A DNA stretch of 64,000 bases, taken from the NCBI GenBank assembly GCA_964016885.1, contig OZ024740.1:263376001-263440000 (forward strand). The letters run 5' to 3'. Shown in pieces: positions 28,605-43,389 of the stretch (positions within the stretch are counted from its first letter, which is position 1; each line of letters starts with the position of its first letter). The DNA comes from Eledone cirrhosa (lineage: Eukaryota). The position numbers and the translations under genes are program-made. The notes under the pieces are model-generated. The model was not told where the DNA came from, made no database searches, and saw only the letters and a list, made by a program, of their open reading frames with translations.

Positions 28605-31073
28605 TTTTTCAATGTTTGTAAACATAATTGACCTCCTTTCCAACGCAAGAGACAGACAGATACATATATATATATATTGATGTACAGTGGAGTGACATAT
28701 ATTATACTATATTATTTCTGTACAGCAATTCAAATTCAAAATCAAAATTTAAATTTAAATTAAAACAAAATTAAAACAAAATAAAAATACATTCGGCAGT
28801 TAACACAGATAATGCAAGAGGATAGTTTGTTAGTCAGATGTAGTAGTTAGTGTATGCGTTAGTTACACGTGGGGCATGCAAGTGTGTCTCATTTATATAT
28901 GATTATTGTGTGGCATTTATATATGATTATTGTATAGCTAGTAGCAATAAAAGAAAAATTAATACTTACTTCGAACAAACTAAAACACGGCAGGGGGTAA
29001 ACCTTCAAAACAACGTTATATCTGCAAACCCTGATATCAATAGTAATAATAGTATTAGCACTAGTGAAATCAATAACGCTGGGAGCGACAACCCCCATAG
29101 CCATAATGCAATACCTAGCAACCAGACTTCTACACAACATAATAACCAGCACGTTAACATCCAAAATAATTGTATCTGTAGATCTAATAGAACCTGCCCT
29201 TTAGATAAAAACCTTTTAATCAAGGACATCATATACTCATGCACCGTCATAACTAGCAACTCTTCTGAAACCTATATAGGCTCTACTTCGAACTGCTTCA
29301 AAACCAGATACAACTCACACCTCCATTCTTTCAAAAACACAGTCTAGCCAACTTCACTTCACTATCTAGCTACATACACTATCTAAAAACTAAAAATAGA
29401 TCTTATACACTTAAATGGGAAGTGATAGGTAAGGCTGCATCGTACAAACCACCTAATAAATTCTGTAACCTCTGTCTACTAGAGACCCATACTATAATCT
29501 TCTCAAATCATAACCTCCTTAATAAAATATCGGAAGTGTTTGTGCTTCCGGCACTCCTTCCAAAACTTTAAACCCAATATATAACAATGTCAGACTTGAA
29601 CCCATCACCACTTCTAACACCACACCTCAAGGACACACCTTACACCACAACTCCACACTCTCCGATCCACCCTATCTCAACACAAATCATTCCATCTATC
29701 TATAACTTTATACCCTAGAAATATACCTATAAACACCTACTTTTAGTATAATTACTTTCAATTACTTATAATTATAGAGTGATACAATACAGGCTATATA
29801 AGCTTTAAATACCAGATTCGACAATGAATTATATATGCAATTGTATTTATATGTGTGGAGTGATAACATTGGATATATATAAGATTAATTTATTAACATA
29901 AGAGATCTGTCTAACTTATATGTTGAGTGCAATGAATTATGTATGAATAGTATGTGAGTTATATATACACGTATAACTTGGTGGATAGATTAATGACATT
30001 GTAAATGAGTGATGTATTTGTCTACCCTAGAGATGTATTTGGCTTTGCCATGCAAACAGCCATACGCTGCTCCAGAACTTACCAGGGGTTATGTAGATAT
30101 AATTCTAATAGGTCCCCTGACATGTTCTGAGAGTAGACTACATTTGCAGTGAACTTTGATATAAAGATATGGCTCTTTGTATGGAGTATTCAGTTATAGC
30201 ACTGTATGATAGGGAGTAATCATCCTAATATAGATACCTTTAGTACATCATTATAGAGTAGACTGTATTTAAAATTGTAAACTGGATATAAATATATAAC
30301 CGTCTATATAAGGGACTCAATTGAGGCGCCTTATAATGTATGTTAGAACAATTAATTTATTTATGGAAATCAGCTAGTTACCTCCCCTACGCATTAACTC
30401 CCCTTAAATACACACATACTTCCGGATAATAAACCGCTGTAAATTCTCGCAGCAGAATCAACCTATTCTCTAAATTTGGATTAAATAACACTGAGCCGCA
30501 ATAAGCTAAAATAATTTAATTTAATGCATCAAACATCCGATACGGAATCATCGTTACTAATGTAAAAACTATATATTACTTTTCCTGAATGTGAAAATGG
30601 TGGTGGATACGAAAACCATAACTTTCTTTTGCTGCTCCTTTTTATTTTTATTTTCCTGCACACATACTTTTTTTATTATATACAAAAAATACCTTACCAC
30701 TACAACCACCATAATACTCTTACTTACCCGCTTAAAGTGCTTGTATTACATGTAACACCCTGCCACACAATAATCATATATAAATGAGGCACACTTGCAT
30801 GCCCCACGCGTAACTAACGCATACACTAACTACTATATATGACTAACAAACTATCCTCTTGCATTATCTGTGTTAACTGCTGAATGTATTTTAATTTTGT
30901 TTTAATTTTGTTTTAATTTTAATTTTGATTTTGATTTTGAATTTGAATTGCTATACAGAAATAATATAGTATAATATATGTCACTTCACTGTACATCAAT
31001 ATATATATATATATGTATCTGTCTGTCTCTTGCGTTGGAAAGGAGGTCTATTATGTGTACAAACATTGGAAAA

Positions 31074-31121
31074 TGGTCCGAAGACTCCTAAGCATAGGTT
31101 TGGATGAAACAATTGTAAGTG
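31074..31121 (+). ncRNA. Type I hammerhead motif (CCGAAGA core variant)
   Basis: tggt-CCGAAGA-CTCCTAAGCATAGGTTTGGAT-GAAA-CAATTG-TA-agtg. It is the partner of the 28557-28604 copy. Confidence 0.65.
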
Positions 31122-31316
31122 AATAAATGCTTTGAACATAGCTTTGATTCTTTGAATTCTATATAACTGCTCTGTAGAACAACTGATGTTATTACATTGA
31201 GCTATTTATCTTACTGGTAATAAGGTAGTAATAAATTACTGACCTTCACTGTTTAGGGTTTAAAATATACATAACTATAAAAAGTTTTAGTATATACATA
31301 ACCATAAATAGTATCC

Positions 31317-31462
<146 letters not shown>

Positions 31463-32077
31463 GGTAAACAGAAATAAATAACACAATCGGTACAATATAT
31501 GGAAGGAATACATTAGTTTACTGCTTGAAATAGCAGGAGAGAGAGGGGGGTGAAATAAGATGTTTTACGTGTATATTCAGTAAAAAATATCTTCGACAAT
31601 TTTATCCTAAAAATTAAACAAAAGCAATTTATCATTATAGAATATCAACACGCCCGTTATTAATTATTCTGGTCATACTTGCAACAGACAACCATATAAC
31701 TCTTATTAATTTACTTTGAATTATACGCATCGATTAGAATACACCAAAACCTGTATCTCACTTAGTGCTATTGAAAAATAATCATGCAAGAAAGATAATC
31801 AGTACTTGCTTTCGATAAGGATTTAATGAAGAGGTACGAGATGTTAATTCTTTCAGTGTAGAGATTGGTATTCTAAATTCTGCGGGAATGTGTGAGCTCA
31901 TAAGCTTATATGATTTAAAATGCAGTTTTTATCGAGGTGATAGACTAATAATTACATGAAATATGAATATCCAACAATTAGAAAGATTATGGCGCTTTAT
32001 CTTCGAATTGTCTAAATGCTTAACTCTTAAAATTATAGATGAGATAAATTTACATATAGTTAATTTTGTAGATATAT

Positions 32078-32183
32078 ATAATTGTTTCTACAATAGGCAC
32101 AAGGCCAGCAATTATCTCAGTGTATTACTGGTACTTTATTTTATCGACCCCGCCCCCGTTAGTATGAAAGCCAAAGTTAACCT
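32078..32183 (-). mobile_element. SINE (family A) 3' fragment
   Basis: AATTGTTTCTAC..GGCACAAGGCCAGCAATT...TTTATCGACCCC. Confidence 0.75.
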
Positions 32184-32589
32184 GTAGATATATATAATGA
32201 GATCCCAAAACTAACAAATGAACAATAACTATATAAAAAAAAAACTGCTTTAAATCACATCCATGCCATAATTAATATGGACCGCCGTAGGTATGAACCT
32301 CGCGAAATGGAATGGCTCTTTCAGTGCATCTCCCGTACCATCATCCGGGAAAACGCATTCTCCATTCAGTCCGCCGGAGCCGTGGGGTGGCTAGCACTTG
32401 GGACCCCATTTGCTCATAGTAGATGGGGAGTGTGAGAGAGATGGAGGAGATGACAGTGGGAGTTCGGTTCTTCCGTGTTCGGAGCTAGGGTGTAGCGTCA
32501 GTTGTCCGTAGGGAGGCAGTGATTTGTACAGTACGTTATACATTACATGTACAAAACATCTATATATATACATATATACACAAAAACAA

Positions 32590-33016
32590 CTATCACTATT
32601 GCCACTATATGGTTATGAATGCTGGACGGTAAGCAATAACATTGCAAGGAAACCGGACGCCGCTGAAATGTGGTTCATTCGGAGAATATTCAAAATAACT
32701 TGGAAGAAAAGAATCCAACAATAAATTCCTAAGAGTGTCAAACATGGAAAGATCTCTTTTCCGTATTATTAGAAAGAGGGAAATGGAATTCTTTGGGTAC
32801 ATAAAGAGAAGAGATGGTTTGGAGAAGCCGATTCTTTGTGGCAAGGTCACTCCAAAGAGGAAACAAGGAAGACGAAGAATAACATTTACAGATAGCCTAC
32901 GTCAATGAAAACAGGACGAGTAAGAGCGACCGTATCCAGAATACTGACATCAGGAAGGTCTGGATAGCCATAATCGCCAATGTCTGGAACAGACCTTGCA
33001 CCTGATGATGATGATG
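32590..33016 (+). mobile_element. RTE-clade LINE 3' end with (TGA)n tail
   Basis: 'LYGYECWT...AAEMWFIRRIFKITW', 'IRKREMEFFGYIKRRDGLEKPILCGKV..KRKQGRRRITFTDSL', ending in TGATGATGATGA. Confidence 0.85.
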
Positions 33017-34054
33017 AAAAATCTTAGTATACGTCTAGCCAATATTCCCTCTAATAAATGAATCTTATATTGAATACTTTACTATTAAAATACAGTATCG
33101 CAATGAAATGGGTTAAACAATAAAATTAGTTATTTAGACAATCTATTTTGATAGAAGATAAACACAAAAAACATAAAATTTGACCGACTACCCCTTTCAG
33201 CTTTGATGCAAGTACACGTATTTCTAAACAATAATTTTATTTATTAGATATACGTATACTATAAAAAATCGGAAACAATAACAAAATGTTAAATAGGAAT
33301 AAATAGCCAATATTCTTTCAGCAGTGCACATAATTTCGCAACGTAAATAGCCAATATTAATGGTTTAAATCAACATCAAAATGGACTCGTTGTGTAAACT
33401 GCTTTAATCATGGAAATTATCTAATATATAATTCATATATTTCGAAATATTATGCTTACTGTGAACATGGAAAATAAATCAAACAGCGATTTTATCAACA
33501 AATACGAGTATATAATATGCATACAGGTTTTGAAAAAAAAATAGTAATAACATGAAATTGTTTGACATGAAAACGAGCTATGATAGTTGTAGCATTTACC
33601 TGTAGGAGAAAATAGATATATACGTTTATATAGAGTTAATCTTGAATTCATCTTGAAAAAAAATATACCTTCAGTGTCGATATAGTTGTTTGTCATGAAA
33701 TAAATTTTATCTGGAAATCATATAGTGGCGTAACACTAATAATTATTCTAAATAAAATCAAAATATTTCTTTAGGTGATGTGAATAACAATTGATTAATA
33801 TATTATATGCATATAAAGAGGTAAACGACAAATAGTCTTATACAATAAGGTTAAGATTTTCAAGATAACTGACAAACAACACGTGCTTTCTCCTGACTAC
33901 ATTTTTATCGTTTACCTTTTTCCTTAGCCTTGTCCACCGTGCACCTTCTCTTTCCAAACATTCTCATAGCGTCCTCTCTTCAAATGACGGGATAGCGCCC
34001 GAAACTCTTCTGTGTTATTGACTTATATATATATATACAAACACACACACGCAT

Positions 34055-34098
<44 letters not shown>

Positions 34099-34450
34099 GC
34101 ATATTATATATACACACATATATACACCTATCTGTTTATATACATGTATATAATTTTCCCTAACGTGACACACAATTGAATGTTTCGTAGCCTAACGGCT
34201 ATAAAGTACTGTCTTTCGTCTCTCACTCCTTTCGAAATCGTTTGGATTATGCCAGACGCTGTGACCCGGATAGACGAACAGTACCATTGGTAGGTGCCGA
34301 AACTGCCCACACCTATGTCAACGGCCGATGACCATGGAGTTCGGTGTGCTTCGTTTGTATATTTATTTTTATGGAATCATTTTTTAATATTTCCTCTTAA
34401 AAAATTGTTTTTGTTTTGTTTCGTTTCTGTTCATTGCCCTTGTTAATTTT

Positions 34451-34557
<107 letters not shown>

Positions 34558-34726
34558 AATACATCTACCAACATATGCGTACAGATGTACACTAATACTA
34601 GTAAATATATAAGTTATGTCAAAGTACCTAGGTGGTTCAATGCAGGGGGATGCAGAACAATTATATGAAAGACGTAAAATAAGAAAATTTTAAAAATTAA
34701 AAATTAACTTACTTACTAAAATGTTC

Positions 34727-34808
34727 ACTCCAACTAATTAGTTTCTGTAATGGGATAAATATACTTACACAATGTAACTATCGAGAATTCATTACGTCAT
34801 CAGGGAGT
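34727..34808 (-). ncRNA. Type I hammerhead ribozyme, canonical core
   Basis: ACTCC-CTGATGA-cGTAATG...CATTACa-GAAA-CTAATTAG-TT-GGAGT. Stem I is ACTCC/GGAGT, stem II is GTAATG/CATTAC, stem III is palindromic, and the predicted site is GUU. Confidence 0.85.
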
Positions 34809-35036
34809 CTATTCTCAGCTAAGTTCCCAGGCAATGCGCGAACACTAGGAACCCATATAAAAATAATAATTCAGTGTCACGTGATTGATTCTTTAGAATC
34901 CACCACTGACCAGAGGCAGTGGACTTTTTCAGTGCTATGGAATTTAATCCCCGCTAGCTTATTACATCCACTGAATTATTATTTTTATATGGGTTCCTAG
35001 TGTCCGCGCATTGCCTGGGAACTTAGCTGAGAATAG

Positions 35037-35118
35037 ACTCCCGAATGACGTAATGATTTCTCGATAGTTACATTGTGTAACTATATTTATCCCATTACAG
35101 AAACTAATTAGTTGGAGT
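35037..35118 (+). ncRNA. Type I hammerhead copy with mutated core (CGAATGA)
   Basis: ACTCC-CGAATGA-CGTAATG...ATAGTTACA ttg TGTAACTAT...CATTACA-GAAA-CTAATTAG-TT-GGAGT. Confidence 0.75.
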
Positions 35119-35574
35119 GAAAATTTTAGTAAGTAAGTTAATTTTTAATTTTTAAAATTTTCTTGTTTTACGTCTTTCATATAATTGTTCTGCATGCCCC
35201 TGCATTGAACCACCTAGGTACTTTGACATAACTTATATATTTACTAGTATTAGTGTACATCTGTACGCATATGTTGGTAGATGTATTAATTCTCTATATT
35301 CATCTCCAAATTATTTGTTGAGCAAACTTGCCAAATCTACTGCTAATTCATAGTAGTAGTAGTAGTAGGCTCTTGTCATAATACCATCCTACTCCTAACT
35401 GACTAACCTCAGTGTCACGTGATTGATTCTTTAGAATCCACCACTGACCAGAGGCAGTGAACTTTTTCAGTGCTATGGAATTTAGTCCCCGCTAGCTTAT
35501 TACATCCACTGAATTATTATTTTTATATGGGTTCCTAGTGTCCGCACATTGCCTGGGAACTTATCTGAGAATAG

Positions 35575-35656
35575 ACTCTCTGATGACGTAATGAATTCTC
35601 GATAGTTACATTGTGTAACAGTATTTATTCCATTACAGAAACTATTTAGTTGGAGT
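35575..35656 (+). ncRNA. Type I hammerhead ribozyme, canonical core
   Basis: ACTCT-CTGATGA-CGTAATG...CATTACA-GAAA-CTATTTAG-TT-GGAGT. Confidence 0.82.
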
Positions 35657-35709
35657 GAAAATTTTAGTAAGTTAATTTTTAATTTTTTAAATTTTCATAT
35701 TTTACGTCC

Positions 35710-35785
<76 letters not shown>

Positions 35786-35881
35786 CGTGTTTTGCAACGG
35801 GTCACATTGTGGCTCAATGAAAAGTTAATAAATTAAATAATCAGAGCTATATATCATAAAACATGTCTATAGAATCACCAG

Positions 35882-35957
<76 letters not shown>

Positions 35958-36837
35958 GAGGGAGGGAGAGAGAAAGAAATTTTATCAATTTTGATAACAA
36001 ACCAAAATGCCGGCGGCTAATACAAAACAGTTTGATTACAATTGTTTATATTTATCTCAGTCTTTCTCTCACTATTTTGCGTAAGAACATTTGTTAAATT
36101 ATATAATGAGAAATTTAATTATCTTTCTAAATCCCTCCAAATTTATGATTCCTTTCAAAATTATTTGGAAATCATAGTCAGTGAGTCATTAGAAATATGG
36201 TAATGAAAGGGTTAAGCAAAACAAAATTCAATTTTAGTCTTGACTTAGTGAACAGTTATTTTTCTTATTTTACCCTTTGCCAGTTTTGAATCAACATCAT
36301 TCTACAGATTCTATCAGTTCTTGGATTTTAGAACTATTTTTTTTTAGCCAAAAATGTAACTTCAAATAGTAATTTTCTTCCACTTACAAATACAGTGCTT
36401 TATTCATTTTAACTAGCTTTAGAAGGTGCTAATGTATAGCTGAAATTTAATTGATGTGAAATGAAGATAAAATTTGAGTTAAAAAAAAATAAACTTGTTT
36501 TCAGTGTGCCCCATGGCATTTGAGAGCGATCTTAGCTTTTATGGACATTTTAGTTGTAGAAGTGTGATTTTTGCTAGTATTATGTAGATCTACAGAGCTG
36601 TCAAGTTTGTTCAACAGAAAAGTATGCTGCTATTTTATTTACCACAAATTATAGGAAACTTCCCCATCCCCACATATATATGTGTATACATACATATATT
36701 TCTATATGTGTGTACATATAGTTACATGCTCCCAGATACACAAACAGAGACACACACATGCATACATATACGTATATACGTATGTGTACGTACACACACA
36801 CATATATATGTGTATACGCACACATCTATATCTATGC

Positions 36838-36900
<63 letters not shown>

Positions 36901-37319
36901 TGGACACATATGTGTGTCTGCATAAACATACATAAATAAAGTATTCAGTTAGTTAGCTCTCGTGCCTTCGGGCAAAGAACAAGCGAAAGAATTTTAAAAA
37001 TTTTAAAGGGGGAGGGGGTAGTAAACAAAAGCTTCATTTCCTTTGATCACTGATACTCTTATCTCAGCCGTTTCTCTCTTAAGATGTTTACACGTAAACA
37101 AAAAAAAATGGTTCTCTGTAAATCTACACAACTAAATTCAATTAGGTTTTCCTTTTCCTTTTCCTTTTTTCCTTCTCATTTTCGTCTTTACCTAACTATC
37201 TTCTTCCTCTCTCTTCTACCACCGACATACCCATAACCACCAGCGTCCTCGCAACCATCAACATTAACACTACCAATCACTCTCTTACTTCGATTTATTC
37301 ATCAATATCCCTTTACTCT

Positions 37320-37611
37320 TAACACCACCATCACTAGTGACAACTGCAGGATGGAAGTTGTCACGTTCATCGCTGCCGCCAATCTGGTCATCTTTATCGC
37401 CACCATCGTCGTCAATATAGTTGGCATCTTCAGCACTGTTGTGATCATCACCATCATCATCGTCGCCAACGTCATCAAAATAATCGTAGTTGTCCTCCTC
37501 ACCCTCGTCATCAACCATCGTCAACATCACCATCCTCATTCTCACCATCATCCGCATCACCATCATCATCACCACCACCATCATCATCATCATCGTCATC
37601 ATCACCAACAC

Positions 37612-37661
<50 letters not shown>

Positions 37662-37991
37662 CCATCACCATCATCGTCACCACCACCACCATCATCATCA
37701 TCACCATCGTCATCATCACCAACACCATCACCATCATCATCTTCATCATCATTGCCATCACGACCATCATCATCATATCACCACCATCATCACCCTCATC
37801 ATCATCATCATCACCATCATCACCATCATCATCACAAAAAAACCATCATCATCATTACCATCACAATCATCATCACCATCACCATCATCATCATCGTCAT
37901 CATCACCAACACCACCATCATCATCATCATCATCATCACCATTACCATCACCCTAACCATCATCATCATCACCATTATCATCACCAACACC

Positions 37992-38039
<48 letters not shown>

Positions 38040-38040
38040 T
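37320..38040. repeat. Long imperfect (CAT/CAC/CGT)n trinucleotide repeat
   Basis: Direct reading. It gives poly-His, poly-Met and poly-Ile ORFs in the track. Confidence 0.95.
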
Positions 38041-39075
38041 AATGTGATTATTAACTTTCATATCTTTCACAAAGCTATTATCTTCTTAATTGTAAGCTGA
38101 ATCTACATCCAGAATATCTCTACAGCACACTCTACACAAACTGGAAATATTGCTTTCACCAGGTACAAGATTGTTGTTACCCTTTAACTCCAGGACGCGT
38201 CAGGACTTATGATTAAAGCTACGTACGGCTGTAGGGTCCAGTTGTGATAGGGTCTCTTTCTCCCATGCATTCTCCTCATTCAGTAATCTTTCATAATAGC
38301 ACTTCTGTGCACCTTTCTTTTCATATACATCTAATTTTAAACTCCATCACGTAATAATATGTTCTTTCTTTTATATAAAGATAGTAGAGAGTAATGTAAT
38401 AGTAGCGATACTTTACAAATATTGTTAATTGATTAAAGACAGAGTAAACATTTATATCTGAATGAGATTCCATAAGCGATTGATACAAAGTCTACCAGCC
38501 ATGAAAAATCAAGATCTATGTCAAACTTGGCAGCCATTAAACTCAAACATAAACGAGCCAAAAAATAGATTCACTTGCAATTACATTCCATATTTAAATA
38601 ATTCCATACAATTGAAATTTAGGAGGTTATTACCCTCACTAGATTTATTCACTATATTTAATAATTAAAGGTGTGATTTTAATAAATTAAACTTTCGTGT
38701 CTTATATATCAAATCTGCTATCATCCATTTTACAATTAACTTTTCATGCAGCAAGCGGCGTTCTTTAAATTTATCAAGTAATTACGTGTTTATTCGGGGA
38801 AAATTGTATCTATTTAGTCTATCAGTTATTTAGTTACTCTTAAATTATTTTACACTGTTGAGGTTTCATATTATCCGAACATACCTGGTGTTCTCCCTAT
38901 AATGCTAAACTAATTCATCATTGCATTACATATTTAATTTATTTCAATAAATGAAACTGCAGTTTTGTCTATCTTGCATTCTATTTCTATCAGTTGTCAT
39001 TTATATTCATTATATTTCTTGGTTTAATACTCCAAGTATACTAACAATCATTTTATTATAACATATTATATAAAA

Positions 39076-39700
39076 GTGTTGGATTGGCAGTATCGGTAGA
39101 GAGTCGGATTCCATGCTTCGTATCATAGAGTTATTGCCCTTAACCTTCTGGGTTCAAATCCCACCGAGGTTATCTTTACCTTTTTCATTATAGGGTCGAT
39201 AAAATATATTACAGCGATGTACTGGTATCGTAATCGACTTTCCCTTTCCTCCAAAATTGTTGGACTAAATCAGAAATCATTATTAAATATTATATATGGC
39301 CAGTGGATTGGCAGTATCGGTAGAGGGTCGGACGCCATGCTTTGACGCATAGAGTTACGGCCCTTGCCATTCTGAGTTCAAATCCCGCCGAGGTTAACTT
39401 TGCCTTTCATCCTTATGGGGTCGATAAAATAAAGTACCAGTAATACACTGGGTAATTGCTGGCCTTGTGCCAAAAGTAGAAACAATTATTAAATATTATA
39501 TAGGCGGTGGATTGGCAGTATCGCTAGAGAGTCGGACGCCATGCTTTCCAGCATAGTTACGTCCCTTTACGGTCTGAGTTCAAATCCCGTCGAGGTTAAC
39601 TTTGCCTTTCAACCTTACGGGGTCGATCAAATAAAGTACCAGTAATGTACTGGATAATTGCTGGCCTTGTGCCTAAAGTAGAAACATTTATTAAATATTA
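39076..39700 (+). mobile_element. Three head-to-tail SINE (family A) copies
   Basis: Copies at ~39076-39280, 39297-39490 and 39501-39690, each followed by TTATTAAATATTATATA. Confidence 0.9.
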
Positions 39701-40949
39701 TATAATCTGTCGATTTACTTTTTCTACCATGTCATACATATTTGAGAACAAATAGAAATCAAAATTCTATATAGATTCTGCAAGATATTTAAATTTGGGG
39801 TTCTCAAGATTTTGTCGTGCAGCCTAAGCCTACTAATTCTATCTTCAAGCCACCATTTCTTAATTTCTGACTTATCCCACATAAGCCTTGCCTTGAAGAA
39901 TCTCTCACTTATGCTTAAGTACTACTTCGAGGCACTGTTCTGTTGCTCATCCATATTATAAATAAATATATTAAATATTCAATTGTCAAGTGATATAAAA
40001 TTGATTGAAAATATATAAGTATTTGGTCTGTTATTTAGGTGAATTCTTGGTGAATTGTTGTTTGTTGCTGGTTTTCTTTATCTCTTAAGAAAACCTATAA
40101 TCAAACGTATTCCAGCCATGGCCACCCCATCTATTGGATTGAGATGGTAGGAATTGATTTGAAGGATATTTGGTTCGTGGTTCTTGCAGGTCTATCCTTC
40201 TTTGGCTCATATCATTATATATTTCAATCTAACAGTGTTCGATTTCTTCAATTTATTAATTACCAGCAATATCAAAAGAAGACCTTTTTTATTTGTCACA
40301 TATTTGAATGGCTAAAATCTATTTTTATGAATTCTTAATAACTAAATAAATGGCAACAAATATATACAAAAAAAAAAATAATAAAGGCTAAGATCTTTAC
40401 GTTTCTATCGTTAAGAAGTGAATCAAAATGTAAGCTTAATGCAGGAAACAACGTATATTCTAGATTAGAGATAAGCTCTAAATTACGGAATAAGATGATA
40501 ATATTTTAGTCGTTTAGGGTTTAAATGTGATTAGTAGATATCTGAAATTGTTTATTTCAATTAAAACTAATTCTTCACTTTTAGCGTTATTCTTTGGAAT
40601 GTAATGAAAAGCAGAATTTATGTATTCATATAGCCCGGTGTCGGGGCACCTGAAGTTATACGATATGCACATTACTTGAAGCTATAGTTGAGTTCCAAAC
40701 TTAAACGTCATAACTCCAATTGAAACCTTCACTCTGAAAATATATATGACATAAACTGAAGAAACGCTGGAAAATGATAAAGATATCTCGTCCCGCGACT
40801 GAAAAAGCAAAAGAAAAAACAATTACTATAAGAATTCAGCTGTTTGATACCACTATGATTATAATCATTGCTGTCAAAAGCAACACATCGTTGCTGATGT
40901 ATAGACTAAAATATTCTGAACAACTGGCGAGACAGGCTGCAAACAGAAC

Positions 40950-41900
40950 CTACGGTGTGTTAAAGAAAGTTATAGTCCCATGATAAAAGAACTTTTGTTG
41001 TGATGAATACTAAAAAAAGAACAGGGATGACGTCGTGTTGAATAAAGATATGCAGTTCAATAAACGTTACCACATATGAACGGTCTCCATCAAATTCACA
41101 AAGACTATATTCCCCTAATATTTATAATCAGTTGTTAAGGCGCCGTATGTCATCGTTGAGTATATTCTTTGTGAATATAATGTTAAAGGTAAATTTCGGT
41201 CCGATGTTAAGAATTCTGGCCATGTTCGATACATACCTTCAATCATTCCAAACGGAATGAGTTTAGCAGGCATGGGATCCTTCAATTGTAGAATGTACTT
41301 GTATCATGATACATAAAATGATGGAGATATAATCCTATATAAAAGCAACGTCCTCTAATTGATGTCTGACCTTTATCGGTAGAAAGAAGGTTTAGGTGTG
41401 TGTTCTTCATATTCCTAGTCCACTGGTAGAAAACAAATACTTTGAAGAAATATCTTTACGAAGGAAATTAGTTACGCCTATATGTTCTTTTCATATCTTT
41501 ACCCTATGGTCAACTCTATGGGATTGAGATATGTAGAGCACATTCATAGTTCCGTCTCAACAGCAAGAAATACAAGTATTGCTGGACTATATGACCTTCA
41601 TTACATTTCAGAATGGAAAACTAAATGTACAATAGACACATAGAAAATAGAAATGATCAAGATTAGAAAGAACCTAAAGAGCAACAACTAAGCTGTAAGA
41701 ATAATAACATCTGCCGATAAAAATCAAGAATGCTTATCAAAAAGCTGTCACGCACCATCTAACATAGTTTAGAGGCGTGTTCATATAATCATTAGGATAA
41801 TTCTTAAAAGTACAACGAAACACCGGGGAGATCTCTCCCAAACTGGAAGAGATCGTAACCATTAACTATGTGCATTCCATACCATTCAGTTTAAGTTGAC
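40950..41900 (+). mobile_element. Highly degenerate Penelope (Poseidon-like) RT remnant
   Basis: 'PHMNGLHQIHKDYIPL..IIS' (compare P.LYGLPKIHK...PLRPIVS), 'AGMGS' and 'LRYVEHI' (compare RYVDD) appear in the expected order. Confidence 0.55.
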
Positions 41901-42293
41901 TAAAATGGATTCGCCTGGGGCTCTTTCAAGCACTCCTTAAAGTCTAACCTGTTTCATCTACCCTTTTATAAAACGTTATATTTACACCATGCGGATATTA
42001 TTTAAATATTTTTTCCAAAGGTAGATGACTAGAAATTTAATGCAACGAGAGAGATAGATCTAGCAAAGACCTAAACATACTGACGAAGAGAATCATGGTC
42101 TTAATGATGTCTACCAAAATTGATAATTTATGATCGATACTAATTGATATAATCGATGGTAAATATCATATTTCTATGATTCTCAGAAACAGATCTGTCT
42201 ATGTCAGTACACCATAATCTTTATGTATGTACAACACTATTCTAACACCTAAGAGTATGTTTTAAAATATGTATATAAATCCACATATAATTT

Positions 42294-42365
<72 letters not shown>

Positions 42366-42637
42366 CATATATATATATATATGTGTGTATGTGTGTGAGT
42401 GAGTGAGTGTGTGTGTGTGTACATAAATGTTAATTAAAAATATTTCAAGCGAGCGCTGAGTGTATATGAATATTTGTAAAATTGGTGTATTCTCAGCGCA
42501 AAGGACAGCAGTAAACAGCTGGATACTATATATATAGTAAAAATTCGGGTTAATATAACACCTTATATCGAAGGCTCAGTAGGAGCGAGAGAGAGGAAGA
42601 AATGGAGTTTAAAGCATGTGATGAGAAATGAGAAGAT

Positions 42638-42706
<69 letters not shown>

Positions 42707-43389
42707 AGGAGATGAGATGAGAAAAGCGGGAAGGAAAACGTTGGAGCAGGACTTATGGATACACAAAAAATTGGATAGAAACATAGGGTAAATAAACTAA
42801 CGGGAAAAAGAAATTTAGTGTCATATCAATCATCAGCTTCCATTAAGACTACCATAGAATCTCGCGGTAAAAGGAAGGACTATGTATAGAAGTTTGTCTG
42901 CGCAACAGAGTTTAAATTGCTGTTGTACCGACGTTGGAATAGAGGAACAAGTAAGCAGTGGGGTATGTCCACGCCAAGCCTTGGTCGGCAAGAAAAGTAA
43001 CAATAGGCGACAAGTAAGCGGAAATAACAGTAGCAGCAGGCGCAAAAAACAAAGGGATGCGATAGCGAGAGAAAGGAAAATAGATAGAAAGAGGGGAAGA
43101 GAATGAGAGACAAAATAGGTAGATAGATTAAGGTAGAAAGTGCATCCATTCGACTTAGGAAGCCACGTAGCTTAAATTAGGTTTGTAAACGCTAATTGTC
43201 GTTCGATATGAGGTTATATCTTGACCCGAATTGTTACTATACCGATAGTATCCAGCTGTTTATGGCTACCCTTCACCCTGAGAATACTCCAAATTTACGA
43301 ATATTCACACACACACACACACACACACAAATTTATATATATATATATATATATTTATATACCAATACCACAGCAAATTTCAACGGAGC

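Noticed and set aside
33001-33020. CTGATGA...GAAA as a hammerhead
   Set aside because: It is the (TGA)n tail of the RTE fragment and has no stems.
37285-38047. Poly-His / poly-Met 'proteins'
   Set aside because: The (CAT)n repeat is open in many frames on both strands, with no evidence of an exon.
39297-39400. tRNA genes suggested by A/B boxes
   Set aside because: The boxes belong to SINE heads followed by a conserved SINE body and AT tail. No cloverleaf or terminator is present.
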